64,000 nt of DNA from Gammaproteobacteria bacterium (lineage in GTDB: Bacteria; Pseudomonadota; Gammaproteobacteria; Ga0077536), in NCBI GenBank assembly GCA_016209015.1, contig JACQWY010000037.1, positions 19,770-83,769 on the forward strand, given 5' to 3'. The notes below the pieces were generated by a model, which saw only the letters and a list, made by a program, of their open reading frames with translations, was not told the DNA's origin and made no database searches. A program made the position numbers and the translations under genes. Positions 52,739-62,988 of the stretch are shown one piece after another; position 1 is the stretch's first letter; each line of letters starts with the position of its first letter.

Positions 52739-52969
52739 CTATCCTCCGATCGCGTCGGTCATGAGACGCACGTGTCCGAGCCGCGTCCACTTCTCGCGAC
52801 TCACGGAATGCAGGCATTGCTGACACTTCACGGCCACGAACCAGCCGCGCTCGGACAGCACGGGATAGCGCATCAGCGATTCGGCATTGCATTCCGGACA
52901 ACGGCCCTCGACGGGCTCGCGCGCCTGCACCGGCGGCGCCTTCGGCCGCGGGAACGAGAAATTGCTCAT
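52739..52969 (-). CDS. Small Zn-ribbon protein (76 aa) leading the hydantoinase operon
   Basis: CPEC...YPVLSERGW...KCQQC; GAGGTG RBS; 4 bp from the next gene. Confidence 0.8.
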   Translation of the reverse strand: MSNFSFPRPKAPPVQAREPVEGRCPECNAESLMRYPVLSERGWFVAVKCQQCLHSVSREKWTRLGHVRLMTDAIGG

Positions 52970-53380
52970 GACTGGACACACCTCGCGAACTCGAATGAAC
53001 GGGAAAGCACTGCCGGCCGCGCGCGGCGGCAGCGGAACGGAAGCGGGCAAGGATCGCGGACCCGGATCGCCCCGACCGGCGACCCGTCTTCGCGGGGCCG
53101 TCCGTGGCGTGCGCAACCGCGGCTGAGTATATCAACCTGCCCTCGGGGCGCGAGGCTCCGCGTGGTCGCGAGGATAGTGTTGCATGGCAGCATCCGGGAC
53201 GCGTGCGTCGAACCCAGACGCAGGTCGGATCGGCGCCGGCGTAATCCGACGGATTCTTCGCGTCCGTCCCCGCCGTGCAATCCGACGCAGGAACCCGGCG
53301 AAGAATACGTACGGTCCGCTGCGCCGACCGTCCCTGCGGATCCGGCGGCCTGCTACGGGCTCGAAATCGATTCTTCTCCA

Positions 53381-53545
53381 TCGGTCATGAAGACATGCCG
53401 TCGCCCGGAGTGATGAAAGAGGCGAGCGCACCACAGCCTCGTCGTCCCGGCGAAGGGACCCTCCCGGCCTCCGCCGGGAGGGTCCCTTCGCCGGGACGAC
53501 GGCTCTGAAGGATCTCCGGCTCCAGGGGCAGCACTTCTTTCACGG
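53381..53545. mobile_element. Second copy (165 bp, inverted) of the MITE-like element at 3928-4167
   Basis: Both ends near-identical to copy 1; CA on both flanks; perfect 29-bp internal stem at 53440-53501. Confidence 0.75.
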
Positions 53546-53725
53546 CAACCTGCGGGATCGTTCGACGCAGTGTGCTCCGGCTGATTCCTGTCACCCTCGT
53601 GCAAGCGAGGGCGACAGGGTGACTTGCGCGCCCCGGTGCGCGGGTCGACGGCCCGCGCGCTTCGCGGAAGAACCGTAGAATTCCGGTCCCGAATCCGACC
53701 CACGAGAATCTGCGAGGACCCACCC

Positions 53726-54205
53726 ATGACCGAACGTCCCCCCATCGCCGTCGCGGCCCTCGACGTGCCGCTGCGCCTGAAAGCCTCGAACTATCCCGAG
53801 CCCTTCGCGAGCCTCATGGCCGGGCGCGTGAAGCGTCAGCTCGGCGAAGTGTTCGGGCTCGCGAATTTCGGCGTGAATCTCGTGCGGCTCGCGTCCGGCA
53901 GCCGCTCGGCGCTGCGTCACGCGCACTCGCGTCAGGACGAATTCGTCTACGTGCTCGAGGGCGAGGCCGTGCTCGTGACGGATCGCGGCGAGACCGCGCT
54001 CGGGGCCGGCATGTGCGCGGGTTTCAGGGCGGGCTCCGGCGACGCGCACTACCTGCTGAACCGCAGCGCCGGGGATGCGCTCTATCTCGAGATCGGCGAT
54101 CGCACGCCGGGCGACGAGGTCAGCTATCCCGACGACGACATCGAGGCGCGGCTCGGGGGAGATGGCCGCTGGCAGTTCGTGCGGAAGAACGGCGAGCCGT
54201 ACTGA
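53726..54205 (+). CDS. Cupin domain protein
   Basis: SNYPEPF, FGVNL, RHAHSRQDEFVYVLEG, AH. Confidence 0.9.
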   Translation: MTERPPIAVAALDVPLRLKASNYPEPFASLMAGRVKRQLGEVFGLANFGVNLVRLASGSRSALRHAHSRQDEFVYVLEGEAVLVTDRGETALGAGMCAGFRAGSGDAHYLLNRSAGDALYLEIGDRTPGDEVSYPDDDIEARLGGDGRWQFVRKNGEPY

Positions 54206-54209
54206 GCGC

Positions 54210-55388
54210 TCAGGGCAGGAGGAGCTGGGCGTACTGGCGCCAGGCGGCGCTCCAGGTGTACTTCGCACGGACGTCGGCATTGAGCTGCACCGCAAGACGC
54301 TCGCGCAGTTCCGCGTCGTTCAGCAGCCGGCCAATGCGCCCCGCCATCGCATCGACGTCCTCGGAGCCGACGAGCAGCGCGTTCGTCCCGTCGTTCAGGA
54401 ATTCGACGACGCCGCCCACCGACGTCGCGACGACGGGCAGGCCGGCAGCGCCGGCTTCGAGTATCGCGATGCCGAACGGCTCCTCGCGTGAAGCGGAGAC
54501 GAACACGTGCGCGGCGCGGCAGTGCTCGAGCGTCTGGGCGTGCGAGACGTCGCACAGGAACTCGACGCGCTCCGCAATGCGCAGCTCCCCGGCGAGCGCG
54601 CGCAGGGAGTCGAGCGCCGGCGCGGTACGTCCGATCAAGCGCAGCCGCAGGTTCGACGCGGCGAGGCGCGCGAACGCGCGCAGCAGCACGTCCTGGCCCT
54701 TCTTGTTCTCGTACGTCCCGACGTTCAGCACGATGCGCACCGGCGCGCGCGCGCGTTCGCGCACGAGCGCGGGCTCGACGCAGCTCGCCGCGTCCGTGCC
54801 GTTGTGGACGGCGGTCGCGCGCTCGGCGGCGCTGCCGAGCGCCTGCACGAGGCGCCGCTTCAGCGCGAACGAGCAGGTCGTGATCGCGTCCGCGTGTTCG
54901 AGCGCCTCGAGATAGCGCGTGCGCTCGCCGCCCGCGAGCTTCGCCGCGGCGTCGATGTCGAGACCGTGATAGGACAGGACGAGCCGTCCGCGCCAGAGAC
55001 CGAGGCGCCGCGCAAGCACGAAGAACCATGCGCTCGACGACGGATAGTGGATGTTCACCGCGCTCACGCGCTCGTGCGCGAGCAAGCGCAGCAGCGCCCG
55101 GCCGTGACGGAGGAACCACCAGAGATATTTCGCGAGTCCCGCGCCGTCGGCCGGCGCGGGCGGGATCCGCGCGCGGAACACGCGCAGTGCCGCATGTTCG
55201 TCCCACGCCGGGGTCACGGCGTTCCAGTCGTTCACGCCGATGAGCGGCGCGATCGCGCCTTCCCGCGCGGCCTCGCCGTAGAGCGCCTTGACGACGGTGT
55301 TCACGCCGCCGGCGTGATCCGGAGACCAGGGCAGGAGGAACAGGACGGTGCTGGGTGCGGGCGCGCCGCCCGCTGCGTCGTTCGACAC
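54210..55388 (-). CDS. Glycosyltransferase family 4
   Basis: KKGQDVLL, EPFGIAILEA, PVVATSVGG. Confidence 0.9.
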   Translation of the reverse strand: MSNDAAGGAPAPSTVLFLLPWSPDHAGGVNTVVKALYGEAAREGAIAPLIGVNDWNAVTPAWDEHAALRVFRARIPPAPADGAGLAKYLWWFLRHGRALLRLLAHERVSAVNIHYPSSSAWFFVLARRLGLWRGRLVLSYHGLDIDAAAKLAGGERTRYLEALEHADAITTCSFALKRRLVQALGSAAERATAVHNGTDAASCVEPALVRERARAPVRIVLNVGTYENKKGQDVLLRAFARLAASNLRLRLIGRTAPALDSLRALAGELRIAERVEFLCDVSHAQTLEHCRAAHVFVSASREEPFGIAILEAGAAGLPVVATSVGGVVEFLNDGTNALLVGSEDVDAMAGRIGRLLNDAELRERLAVQLNADVRAKYTWSAAWRQYAQLLLP

Positions 55389-55415
55389 GGCATCCTTTTC
55401 TTTTCGGGCTCGCTG

Positions 55416-56273
55416 TTACGTCCGGCAGAGTGCCATGAGATCGAGCGAGGCGTCGAGGTTCTCCGTCACGTACCCGAGCTCGCCCGTCCCGAGCCGGGGA
55501 CTGACGACGTGGCGGCGTGCCGGCGCGCCCGTCTGCGGCCCGCGCTGACGCAGACGGCGCAGCCAGGCGAGCGCCGCGCCCGGGATCAGCGCCTTGAGGG
55601 CGTCGTTGATCGCGGCCTGGCGTTCGAGCGCGCGGGCGCGCGCCGCGGCGGCTTCCGCGGAGTCGCGGGCGCGCGTCACGCGGGCGCGCTCCAGCGCGTC
55701 CACCTCGCCCGAGCCGAACATGCCGTACACCTCGACGTGCGGGAACACGCCCCGCAGCGCCGTGCCGAGCTCGGCGGCGGAGAACTCGCGGAGGTGGTGC
55801 GGGTTCCAGGGCTTCTGGCCCGGATGGAGCCGCAGCACGCCGTTCGGCGTCGTGAACATCGCCGTGCCGCCGGGCTTCAGCACGCGCGCGATCTCGCGCA
55901 GGTAAGCGGGTATGTCCGGCACGTGCTCGATCACCTGGAAGCTCACGACGGCGTCGAACTCCGCGTCCGCAAAGGGGCTGCGTCCCCCGTCGTAGAGCGT
56001 GACCTCGATGCCGCGCGGCGCGAGGCGCTCGCGCGCGACCTGGACGGCGCGCGGCGAGACGTCGATGGCCTTGATGGTGCGCGCGACGTCCGCCAGCAGC
56101 TCCGTGCCGTAGCCGGTGTTGCAACCCCAGTCGCACAGCGCGAGCCCGGCGAACCGGCGCATGGCTTCTTCATAGGCCCGCTTGTGGATGAGATACGAGG
56201 CATACTCTTCGTCGGACTCGAAGTCCTGGTCGACGATGAGCGGGTGTTCGACTGTGAAGGCTGGCGATGACAT
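55416..56273 (-). CDS. Class I SAM-dependent methyltransferase
   Basis: DWGCNTGYG, FQVIEHV, RVLKPGG, TTPN, NPHHLREF. Confidence 0.9.
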   Translation of the reverse strand: MSSPAFTVEHPLIVDQDFESDEEYASYLIHKRAYEEAMRRFAGLALCDWGCNTGYGTELLADVARTIKAIDVSPRAVQVARERLAPRGIEVTLYDGGRSPFADAEFDAVVSFQVIEHVPDIPAYLREIARVLKPGGTAMFTTPNGVLRLHPGQKPWNPHHLREFSAAELGTALRGVFPHVEVYGMFGSGEVDALERARVTRARDSAEAAAARARALERQAAINDALKALIPGAALAWLRRLRQRGPQTGAPARRHVVSPRLGTGELGYVTENLDASLDLMALCRT

Positions 56274-56427
56274 CGGGGATCCTCTCCGGCGGGCACTCGG
56301 GGCGACATGGGCGTCGCGTCCTCGCGGCTCGCGTGCGGCCGTCCGAACTTTCGGCTAGCCTGACACGACGGTCAAGACGGCCGGCGCCCGTGCCGCGCGG
56401 GCACCCGTCACAAGCTGGGATATTGAC

Positions 56428-57420
56428 ATGCTCCATGCGCCCGCGCGCCGTCTGCCGTGCCTCGCCGCGCTGCTCTGCCTCGCCGTCACGGCCCGCAGCG
56501 ACGATCTCGCCGCGACGGCCGCCGTGCTGCCCGAGCGCAGCTTCGCGAAGCTCGCGCCGCGCGCCGATCTGAAACGCCTGCCGCTGCCCTACAGCCTCTG
56601 GTACTGGATGGACTCCGCGGTCTGGGATCCGCTACACGCCCGTGTGCTCGCCGTCGGCGGGCCCGGCACGTGCTGCGCGAATCCTGCCGAGTACCAGCTC
56701 GTGACGTCGGACGCCGAGGGCTGGCACATGACGCGCGCGCCGTTCACCGGTGCGGGCCACGGCTACGACGCGAACGCGCTCGATCCGCGCACGGGCACGC
56801 TCTACTTCGCCCCCCAGCACGTGAAGGCCGTGTCGCGCTACGACGGGACGCAGTGGACGACGCTGCCCGAGCTGCCGTGGCCCGGCAGCACGACGCCGAG
56901 CCTCACCTGGTTTCCCGAGCTCGCGGGCGGTCGCGGCGGTCTCGTGTACGTCAATCAGAACGGACGCGTCGCCTGGTTCGACGGCACGGCCTGGCACGCG
57001 CTGCCCGTGCCGGCGCACGAGCCCTGGGCCGGCTACAACCAGTTCTCCGAATACGACCCCGTACACCGGCGCGTGCTGCTCGGCGGCGGCAACGGCTCAG
57101 GCAGCGTGCTCTACGCGCTCGACGCCGCGGGCATGCTCACCCGCCTGAAGCCGGCGCCGATCGAGCTCGGTGTCGGCCGGACGCTCGTCGCCAGCGATCC
57201 GCTCACCGGCACGTTCCTCGTCACCGTGCTCGCGACGCAGGAGTACTGGGCCTACGACATCGAACGCGATGCGTGGACGAACGTCACGGGCACCTTGCAC
57301 GGCCGGCCGCGCCTCGCGAGCGCGTTCCAGGTCGCGATCCCGGAGCACGGCGTAATCCTCTACTTCTCGCACTATCACGAATTTCGCGACGTGTGGCTGT
57401 TCCGTTACGCGCCGCGCTGA
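56428..57420 (+). CDS. Secreted Kelch-like beta-propeller protein
   Basis: Signal peptide; repeated WDP/YDP..LLGGG and YD...W blades. Confidence 0.65.
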   Translation: MLHAPARRLPCLAALLCLAVTARSDDLAATAAVLPERSFAKLAPRADLKRLPLPYSLWYWMDSAVWDPLHARVLAVGGPGTCCANPAEYQLVTSDAEGWHMTRAPFTGAGHGYDANALDPRTGTLYFAPQHVKAVSRYDGTQWTTLPELPWPGSTTPSLTWFPELAGGRGGLVYVNQNGRVAWFDGTAWHALPVPAHEPWAGYNQFSEYDPVHRRVLLGGGNGSGSVLYALDAAGMLTRLKPAPIELGVGRTLVASDPLTGTFLVTVLATQEYWAYDIERDAWTNVTGTLHGRPRLASAFQVAIPEHGVILYFSHYHEFRDVWLFRYAPR

Positions 57421-57552
57421 GCACGCGCGACGTGAAGCCCGACGCGGACGTGTAAACGTTTGTCACGCGCGGGGCGAACGCGCGCGTTTGCGGCTTGAGG
57501 CCCTTGCGAAGCTCGGCGAGCATTGCAGCTCGAACAACCCCGAGAGGTCGCC

Positions 57553-58353
57553 ATGCTTCGCCGTGTCCTGTATCCGCTCGCGCTCGCGAGCCAGCTCGTC
57601 GCCCCCCACGCTTACGCGCTCACGATCAGCGACGGGATGAACGAGTCGCCGAGCCACGGCAACGGCGGCGTCTACAACGCCTACCCGTGGACGAGCGTCG
57701 TCTTCGGTGGCACCGGCATGACCGCGAACGACGGCGTCGTGACATTGCAGACCGGCCCCGGCCTCGGCGTGTGGTTCGGCAACGGCGGCATGATCGGCTA
57801 CAACCCGGGCTGGTCGCTCGCGAGCAACGCGGACGGCAATTATCTGAATATTTCGCTGAAGCTCGGGCCGCACACGGCACAGGGTCCGGAGGACTGGAAC
57901 CTCTACTTCTACGACGGCAGCGGCTACGAGGCCTCGATGTCGCTGAACCCGGGCACCGCAGCCGGCTATGTCGCCGGCGATACGCAGTACGGATTCAGCG
58001 TCTTCCATGCCGATGCGAATGGCGCGCCGGCGAGCGAGTTCGTGCCGTTCGATTTCTCGGATGCCTTCCACAGCGTCGAAGTGCTGATGAAGGGCGGCCT
58101 CGTGCAGTACCGCGTCGACGGTCACGCCTACTTCACCGGCGCGGCCTACCTCGCCGGGCCGGCGAACCTGCTCGTCATCGGTGACGGCTCGGGCTCGACA
58201 CCCACGGGCACGGGCACGATGCAGATCGATCGCGTGGTGTTCGAAGCGGGCACCGCGCGCGTCGCCGCCGTCCCGCTGCCGGCGGGCGCATTGCTTTTCC
58301 TGGGCGGGCTGGCGGGGCTGGGCGCGACGACGCGCCGCATCCGCACGGTCTGA
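57553..58353 (+). CDS. Secreted protein with VPLPA-CTERM sorting signal
   Basis: Signal peptide; C-terminal VPLPAGALLFLGGLAGL...RR. Confidence 0.85.
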   Translation: MLRRVLYPLALASQLVAPHAYALTISDGMNESPSHGNGGVYNAYPWTSVVFGGTGMTANDGVVTLQTGPGLGVWFGNGGMIGYNPGWSLASNADGNYLNISLKLGPHTAQGPEDWNLYFYDGSGYEASMSLNPGTAAGYVAGDTQYGFSVFHADANGAPASEFVPFDFSDAFHSVEVLMKGGLVQYRVDGHAYFTGAAYLAGPANLLVIGDGSGSTPTGTGTMQIDRVVFEAGTARVAAVPLPAGALLFLGGLAGLGATTRRIRTV

Positions 58354-58459
58354 TCCTCGACCCCGACGCGGACCCAGAAGCCGCCGTCACCGGCCGACGT
58401 TGCAAGGCCCGTTCGCGCCGCCGATGCGGGATGCATCGGCGGCGGCCGGACGATTCCGC

Positions 58460-59119
58460 TCAGGGGGATTCGCGGCGGCTCCAGGCCGCGGTGTCGGGCG
58501 TCTCGGGCCCGAAGCACTTCGCATAGTCCACGCACTCCGTGCAGATCGGCGCGCGACAGAGATTCAGTCCCTCGCGATCGCAGAGCTGCTTGTAGAAGAA
58601 CTTCTTCCAGCGCATGTCGTTCGTGTTCTTCGCCGCGAGCGCCGGGAAGCCGCCCGCGATCAGCAGCGACAACTCGCCGCGATGCGCGAGGCCCATGTCC
58701 TCCCAGAGATGATGCTCGCCCATGCAGCACATCGCGATGATCCGGGCGAGCCACTTCGTCTCTGGACTCGTGTCGGCGCGATGGTCCTCGAGCAGCGCCA
58801 GCAGATCGTGGTACTCGTCGGCGTCGAACTCGGAGCCCGGCACCGGTCCGGCTGCGGCATCGCCGAGCGTGAAGCGCGCGAGCACCCCGGGCAGGAAATA
58901 ATCGAGCGCCGCGCGGAATTCCTCCGATGAGGCGCCGAGCGGCGGGGTGAGCGTGCCGGCGTAGCAATGGAAGCGGGCGAGCGCGGCACAGAACGCGCGC
59001 GCCAGCGCGTCGGCCGGATCGCGCGCGAACGCGAGCAGCTCGGCGAGCGCCGGCATGTTCCGCAGGGCCTGCGGTACGCACCTCCACGCCGGCTGCATCA
59101 TCTCGCTCACCGCTTGCAT
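58460..59119 (-). CDS. nifQ: Molybdenum-processing protein NifQ
   Basis: HLWEDMGL, FPALAAKN..DMRWKKFFYKQLC, C-x4-C-x2-C-x5-C. Confidence 0.93.
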   Translation of the reverse strand: MQAVSEMMQPAWRCVPQALRNMPALAELLAFARDPADALARAFCAALARFHCYAGTLTPPLGASSEEFRAALDYFLPGVLARFTLGDAAAGPVPGSEFDADEYHDLLALLEDHRADTSPETKWLARIIAMCCMGEHHLWEDMGLAHRGELSLLIAGGFPALAAKNTNDMRWKKFFYKQLCDREGLNLCRAPICTECVDYAKCFGPETPDTAAWSRRESP

Positions 59120-59135
59120 CCCCGTCGGTCCCGGC

Positions 59136-59342
59136 TCATTCCTTCTCGACGAACACCGCCGTCGATTTCATGCCGACCGTCACCTTGTCGCCCTTCTTCA
59201 GCGCGAGCTCCTTCAGTGAGCGGGTGGTGATCGCCGCGGAAATGATGCCGGCCTTCGTCTTCACGTCGATCTCCGACATCGCCTCACCGGCGATGATGTC
59301 GACGATCTTGCCCGCGAGCTTGTTGCGGATACTGGATTTCAT
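59136..59342 (-). CDS. Molybdate-binding Mop/TOBE protein
   Basis: SIRNKLAGKI, AITTRS..EL.LK.GDKV...KST. Confidence 0.9.
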   Translation of the reverse strand: MKSSIRNKLAGKIVDIIAGEAMSEIDVKTKAGIISAAITTRSLKELALKKGDKVTVGMKSTAVFVEKE

Positions 59343-59399
59343 CGCGTCCTCTCCGTATGCGCACGGCGCATCCGCGCGCGCGTGTCCCGTTACGGCGAA

Positions 59400-59414
59400 G
59401 CACAAGTCGTGCCG
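59400..59414 (-). promoter_or_regulatory. Putative sigma54 promoter of mop-nifQ
   Basis: CGGCAC-GACTT-GTGC (GG-N10-GC) on the minus strand. Confidence 0.6.
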
Positions 59415-59564
59415 GGCAGCAGGGCGCCTTACGGGCGGGATCGAGGGGGGGGACGGGATCAAATTCGCGCGCCGCAGGCTCCAACTGCGCTGCAGCGGTG
59501 CATGCGGAAACGTGCGTCCGGCCGGTCGCGCGTTGCGGGCGGACCGGCCGGAAGCCTCTGGCGG

Positions 59565-59840
59565 CTATCTCACCTGGCGGCGCAACGGATAAGCGCCGAC
59601 GGGATTGTAGATCCCTTCGACCCTCCGGCCGTCCGCGGTTTCCATGACGACCCGGTAGCAGTGCTCCCGGGTCGTGACGGCGACGGCCTTGTTGCCGTCC
59701 GCGACGAGCTGGGCACGGAGCTCGTTGGGGGGCGTCCAGTGCGCCTCGTCGAGCGTCGTGCATTCGAACGTGCGTGCGTAGAGCGATGTCGACGCGGCGA
59801 GCGCGCCGGTGAGTAGCAGGAGCCTGGTGCAGCAGTGCAT
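59565..59840 (-). CDS. PepSY-domain small secreted protein
   Basis: Signal peptide, CT..W, CYRV...DGRRVEGIYNP. Confidence 0.75.
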   Translation of the reverse strand: MHCCTRLLLLTGALAASTSLYARTFECTTLDEAHWTPPNELRAQLVADGNKAVAVTTREHCYRVVMETADGRRVEGIYNPVGAYPLRRQVR

Positions 59841-60104
59841 AGCGTAATCCTCGCCAGTGAACGAAATCCTTTGCGCGCACGCTACGCCGCAATGCAGCAG
59901 AAATCATTAAGGAAATGCAAAATTTCGCGGCGCGTCGGCATTCTCACAGGCACCCACGGGTGAACGGAGAAACGTTCGCGGTGCCCGCCGGCGTGACGCG
60001 GACGGACGAACGGGCCGGGGCCGGCCGGCCCTCAGCCGGTGACCGGCCACTCTTTCCCGGCGTGATGCAGCGCGAGCCAGCGCCCGAGCTCAGCGACGCC
60101 GGAT

Positions 60105-60146
60105 TTCGCAGGTCCGATTACGCCTTCGGCTAATCGGACCTGCGAA
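60105..60146. repeat. Family 2 REP-derived hairpin right after fdxB
   Basis: TTCGCAGGTCCGATTA ... TAATCGGACCTGCGAA 16-bp stem. Confidence 0.75.
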
Positions 60147-60171
60147 TGGCGCAGGAGGCGCATCGATCGCG

Positions 60172-60492
60172 TCACAGCGCCGACGGCCCGTTCGTGTAGC
60201 ACTTCTTCGGACAGATCTTCGAGCAGGCTTCGCAACCGACGCAGTTCTCGGGATGCGCGATCGTCATGACCTTCTTTTCGTATTCCTCGTCGTCGTCGTC
60301 GTCTTCGTCACCGAGCACGACGGGAATGAAGTTGCCGTCCTCGTCGACGCCCGCCATCTGCAGGACGTCGCGGCCGCAGACCCGATAGCAACGGCCGCAG
60401 CCGATGCATTTCGTCTGATCGATTTGCTGTGCGAACTTCGGGGTCCAGATCTCACCGCTCGGCAGAGTGACCGTGAATACCGCTGCGTCCAT
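60172..60492 (-). CDS. fdxB: nif-specific ferredoxin III
   Basis: WTPKF, CIGCGRCYRVC, acidic insert, CVGCEACSKIC. Confidence 0.93.
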   Translation of the reverse strand: MDAAVFTVTLPSGEIWTPKFAQQIDQTKCIGCGRCYRVCGRDVLQMAGVDEDGNFIPVVLGDEDDDDDEEYEKKVMTIAHPENCVGCEACSKICPKKCYTNGPSAL

Positions 60493-60508
60493 TCGTTCTC
60501 TCCTCGTC

Positions 60509-60703
60509 TCAGGATGCGGCCGCGAGCGCTTTGCGCGCGGCGTCGAGTTTCTGGTAGGCCTCGAAGGTCTTCGCCGCGATCTCGGGGATGCGCTCCCACT
60601 GCCGGGGCAGCTCCTCGGAGAGATCGTGCAGGTCCATCTTGAGCGTGGTGGCCTGGGCGTTCAGCTTCTTCACTTCCGCTTTGAGCGCTTCGATGTCGGC
60701 CAT
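60509..60703 (-). CDS. CCE_0567/DUF683 (Rop-like) nif-associated protein
   Basis: VKKLNAQATTLKMDLHDLSEELP..W. Confidence 0.9.
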   Translation of the reverse strand: MADIEALKAEVKKLNAQATTLKMDLHDLSEELPRQWERIPEIAAKTFEAYQKLDAARKALAAAS

Positions 60704-60717
60704 GGTGCTCTCCGCGC

Positions 60718-61182
60718 TCAACCGTAGTGCGCGACTTCGGGGAACTTGCGGATCATCTCGACCGCGGAGTCGACGAGCTTCCCGCCTTCGGCCGCGAGCT
60801 TCTCGCAGGTCGGGAAGCCGAAGCGATGCACGTCGCGCAGATGCTTGTTCACGACCACGAGCCGGCCCGCGGTCAGCACCATGCGGCCGAAGCCCTCGTG
60901 ATGCATTTTCATGATCGGCGAGACCATGACGCCGGTCGCGCGCTCGACGGCGAGGCCGACGGCGTTGTAGAAGAGCTCGAGCCGCCACAGCGTCTCGGGA
61001 TCCGGATCGCCCAGCAGCGGGATCGCCGCGCGCTTCGCCTTGTCGAGCACGTAAGGTTCGAGCAGCTCGGCGTCGCTCTTGCCTTCCCAGCTCCCGTAAG
61101 TGTCCTGGGCCCGCCATTGCTTCACGAGCTCGCGCACGAATTCCGAAGTCATCGGATCCGCGGCCACTGCTGCTTCAACCAT
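60718..61182 (-). CDS. NifX-associated protein (DUF269)
   Basis: [29 protein letters not shown]. Confidence 0.93.
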   Translation of the reverse strand: MVEAAVAADPMTSEFVRELVKQWRAQDTYGSWEGKSDAELLEPYVLDKAKRAAIPLLGDPDPETLWRLELFYNAVGLAVERATGVMVSPIMKMHHEGFGRMVLTAGRLVVVNKHLRDVHRFGFPTCEKLAAEGGKLVDSAVEMIRKFPEVAHYG

Positions 61183-61591
61183 TGCTCCCTTCCTCCTCGT
61201 CGTCGAACGACGCCGTCCGGTTCGCGCCCTTGGCGAGCGCCTTGCGCAGCCACGGCGGAGGCGTGCCCTTCAGCACGTCGCGGAGCTTCACCAGGATCTC
61301 GTCGATGGGCTCCGGGCCCTGCACCTTGATGGGATGAATCTTGTGGGCGACGACGCGCGCCGCACCCGAACCGCCGATCGCCGCGACGTAGAGGATCGCG
61401 CAGTCCTTGATCGCCTCGATCTTCAGGCCGAGCTTGTCCTCGTTGCCGTCTTCCTCGAGATCCCCGTCGAACTGGATCGTCTCGACGAACTGGTGGCCTT
61501 CCGGCGAAATCTCGTAGACGGCGAGATTCTTCGCCCAGCCGAAATGCGCATCGACGCGCTTCAAGTCCTGGGTGGCGAAAGCGACTTTCAT
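61175..61591 (-). CDS. nifX: FeMo-co precursor carrier NifX
   Basis: [36 protein letters not shown]. Confidence 0.95.
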   Translation of the reverse strand: MKVAFATQDLKRVDAHFGWAKNLAVYEISPEGHQFVETIQFDGDLEEDGNEDKLGLKIEAIKDCAILYVAAIGGSGAARVVAHKIHPIKVQGPEPIDEILVKLRDVLKGTPPPWLRKALAKGANRTASFDDEEEGSNG

Positions 61592-61607
61592 GCCTCTGAC
61601 TCCTTGG

Positions 61608-62987
61608 TCATCGATGAGCTTCAAGCGGCGGCGCGGCTTCATGGCGGGGCAATGTCCAGGTGTCCGGATGATTGTCGTGCTGGTTCGCGATGAAGACATT
61701 GCCGATCTCGAAGATGAGATCCCGCGTGCCGCGGTAGCCGATCGAGAGCTTCTGGGCCGCGCCGAGGCGGTCGAACATCGGCAGTCCCATGCGCACGAAG
61801 GGAATGCCGAGCCGCTCCGCCGCCTGGCGGCCGTGCGAATGGGTAATCAACAGATCGCAGCCGTCCGCACCGCGCTCGAGATCCTCGAGGTCGCCGATCG
61901 TGACGGTCTCCGTCGGAAGCTGCTCGAGCAGCGTGCTGTGCGCGGGCGTCGTGACGGCGCAGGCGATCTCCGCGCCCATTTCCGTGAGGAAATTGCCGAT
62001 CGCCCACAACAGATCCGGCTCCGCGCCGATCGCGACGCGCTTGCCGCCGAAGAAGAAGTGGCCGTCGAGCATCGCGTCGACGAGCTGGCTGCGCTGGCGG
62101 CGATACTTCGCGGGTACGGGGCGGCCGCTCCATTCCGCGAGCAGCCCGTGGAGCCGGTCCGAGGCCTCGAGTCCCGTGAGGCGATCGGCCAGCACGTAGG
62201 GCACGCCCGCCGCCATCTCGAGCGCCATCGCGGCACCGCGCATCTGCTCGCCGATCGCGAGCGTGACGCGCGCACTGCCCATGGCCTCGATCGCTTCCAC
62301 CGTCGTGCCGCCGAGCGTCGTCGGCAGGAAGGTCTCCGGGACGTGGCCGTCGAGCGAGCCCGAGAGATCGGGGAGGAAGTTCGGATGCAGCCCGAAGTCC
62401 TGGATGATTTCGCGCAGCTCCTCGAGATCCGCGGGCGTGAGATGGCAACCCGGCAGCACGTTGATCATCTGCGGGTTCTCGAGGTGCGCGACCGGCGCGT
62501 TGTGACTGCCGATGACGACCGCGTCGATCACCGCCGTCACCGCCTTCGCCCAGCCTTCCTGGAAGGAATCGAGGAAGTCCGGCGTCGAGACGTAGACGAT
62601 CGGCAGATCGCCGAGCTCGGGATGGCGGGCGCGGATGAGCTTCAGAAAGCCCTTCACGTCGTCGCCCTTCGTCTCGGTGAGGCCGGTGGACGCGATGCAG
62701 ATGATCTTCGGGTTCGCGCGCTTGACGATGTTGAGTATCGCCTGCTCGAGATTCTCCATACCGCCGAGGATCGTCGTGACCTCGTTCATGGCCGTAGTCT
62801 GCAGCGGAATCGTCTCGCGGAAGTGGCGGACGAACAGCACGAGCCCGAAAGACGTGCAGCCCTGCGCGCCGTGCAGCACGGGCATGCAGCCGTCGAGGCC
62901 GAGGAAGGCGAGCGCGGCGCCGATCGGCTGGCTCATCTTCAGCGGGTTGACGGTGCAGGCCTTGCGGCTCGTGACGACGTTCGCCAT
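61608..62987 (-). CDS. nifN: FeMo-cofactor scaffold NifN
   Basis: NPLKMSQPIGAA, HGAQGCTSF, RHFRETIPLQTTAM, QLVDAMLDGHF. Confidence 0.97.
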   Translation of the reverse strand: MANVVTSRKACTVNPLKMSQPIGAALAFLGLDGCMPVLHGAQGCTSFGLVLFVRHFRETIPLQTTAMNEVTTILGGMENLEQAILNIVKRANPKIICIASTGLTETKGDDVKGFLKLIRARHPELGDLPIVYVSTPDFLDSFQEGWAKAVTAVIDAVVIGSHNAPVAHLENPQMINVLPGCHLTPADLEELREIIQDFGLHPNFLPDLSGSLDGHVPETFLPTTLGGTTVEAIEAMGSARVTLAIGEQMRGAAMALEMAAGVPYVLADRLTGLEASDRLHGLLAEWSGRPVPAKYRRQRSQLVDAMLDGHFFFGGKRVAIGAEPDLLWAIGNFLTEMGAEIACAVTTPAHSTLLEQLPTETVTIGDLEDLERGADGCDLLITHSHGRQAAERLGIPFVRMGLPMFDRLGAAQKLSIGYRGTRDLIFEIGNVFIANQHDNHPDTWTLPRHEAAPPLEAHR

Positions 62988-62988
62988 G

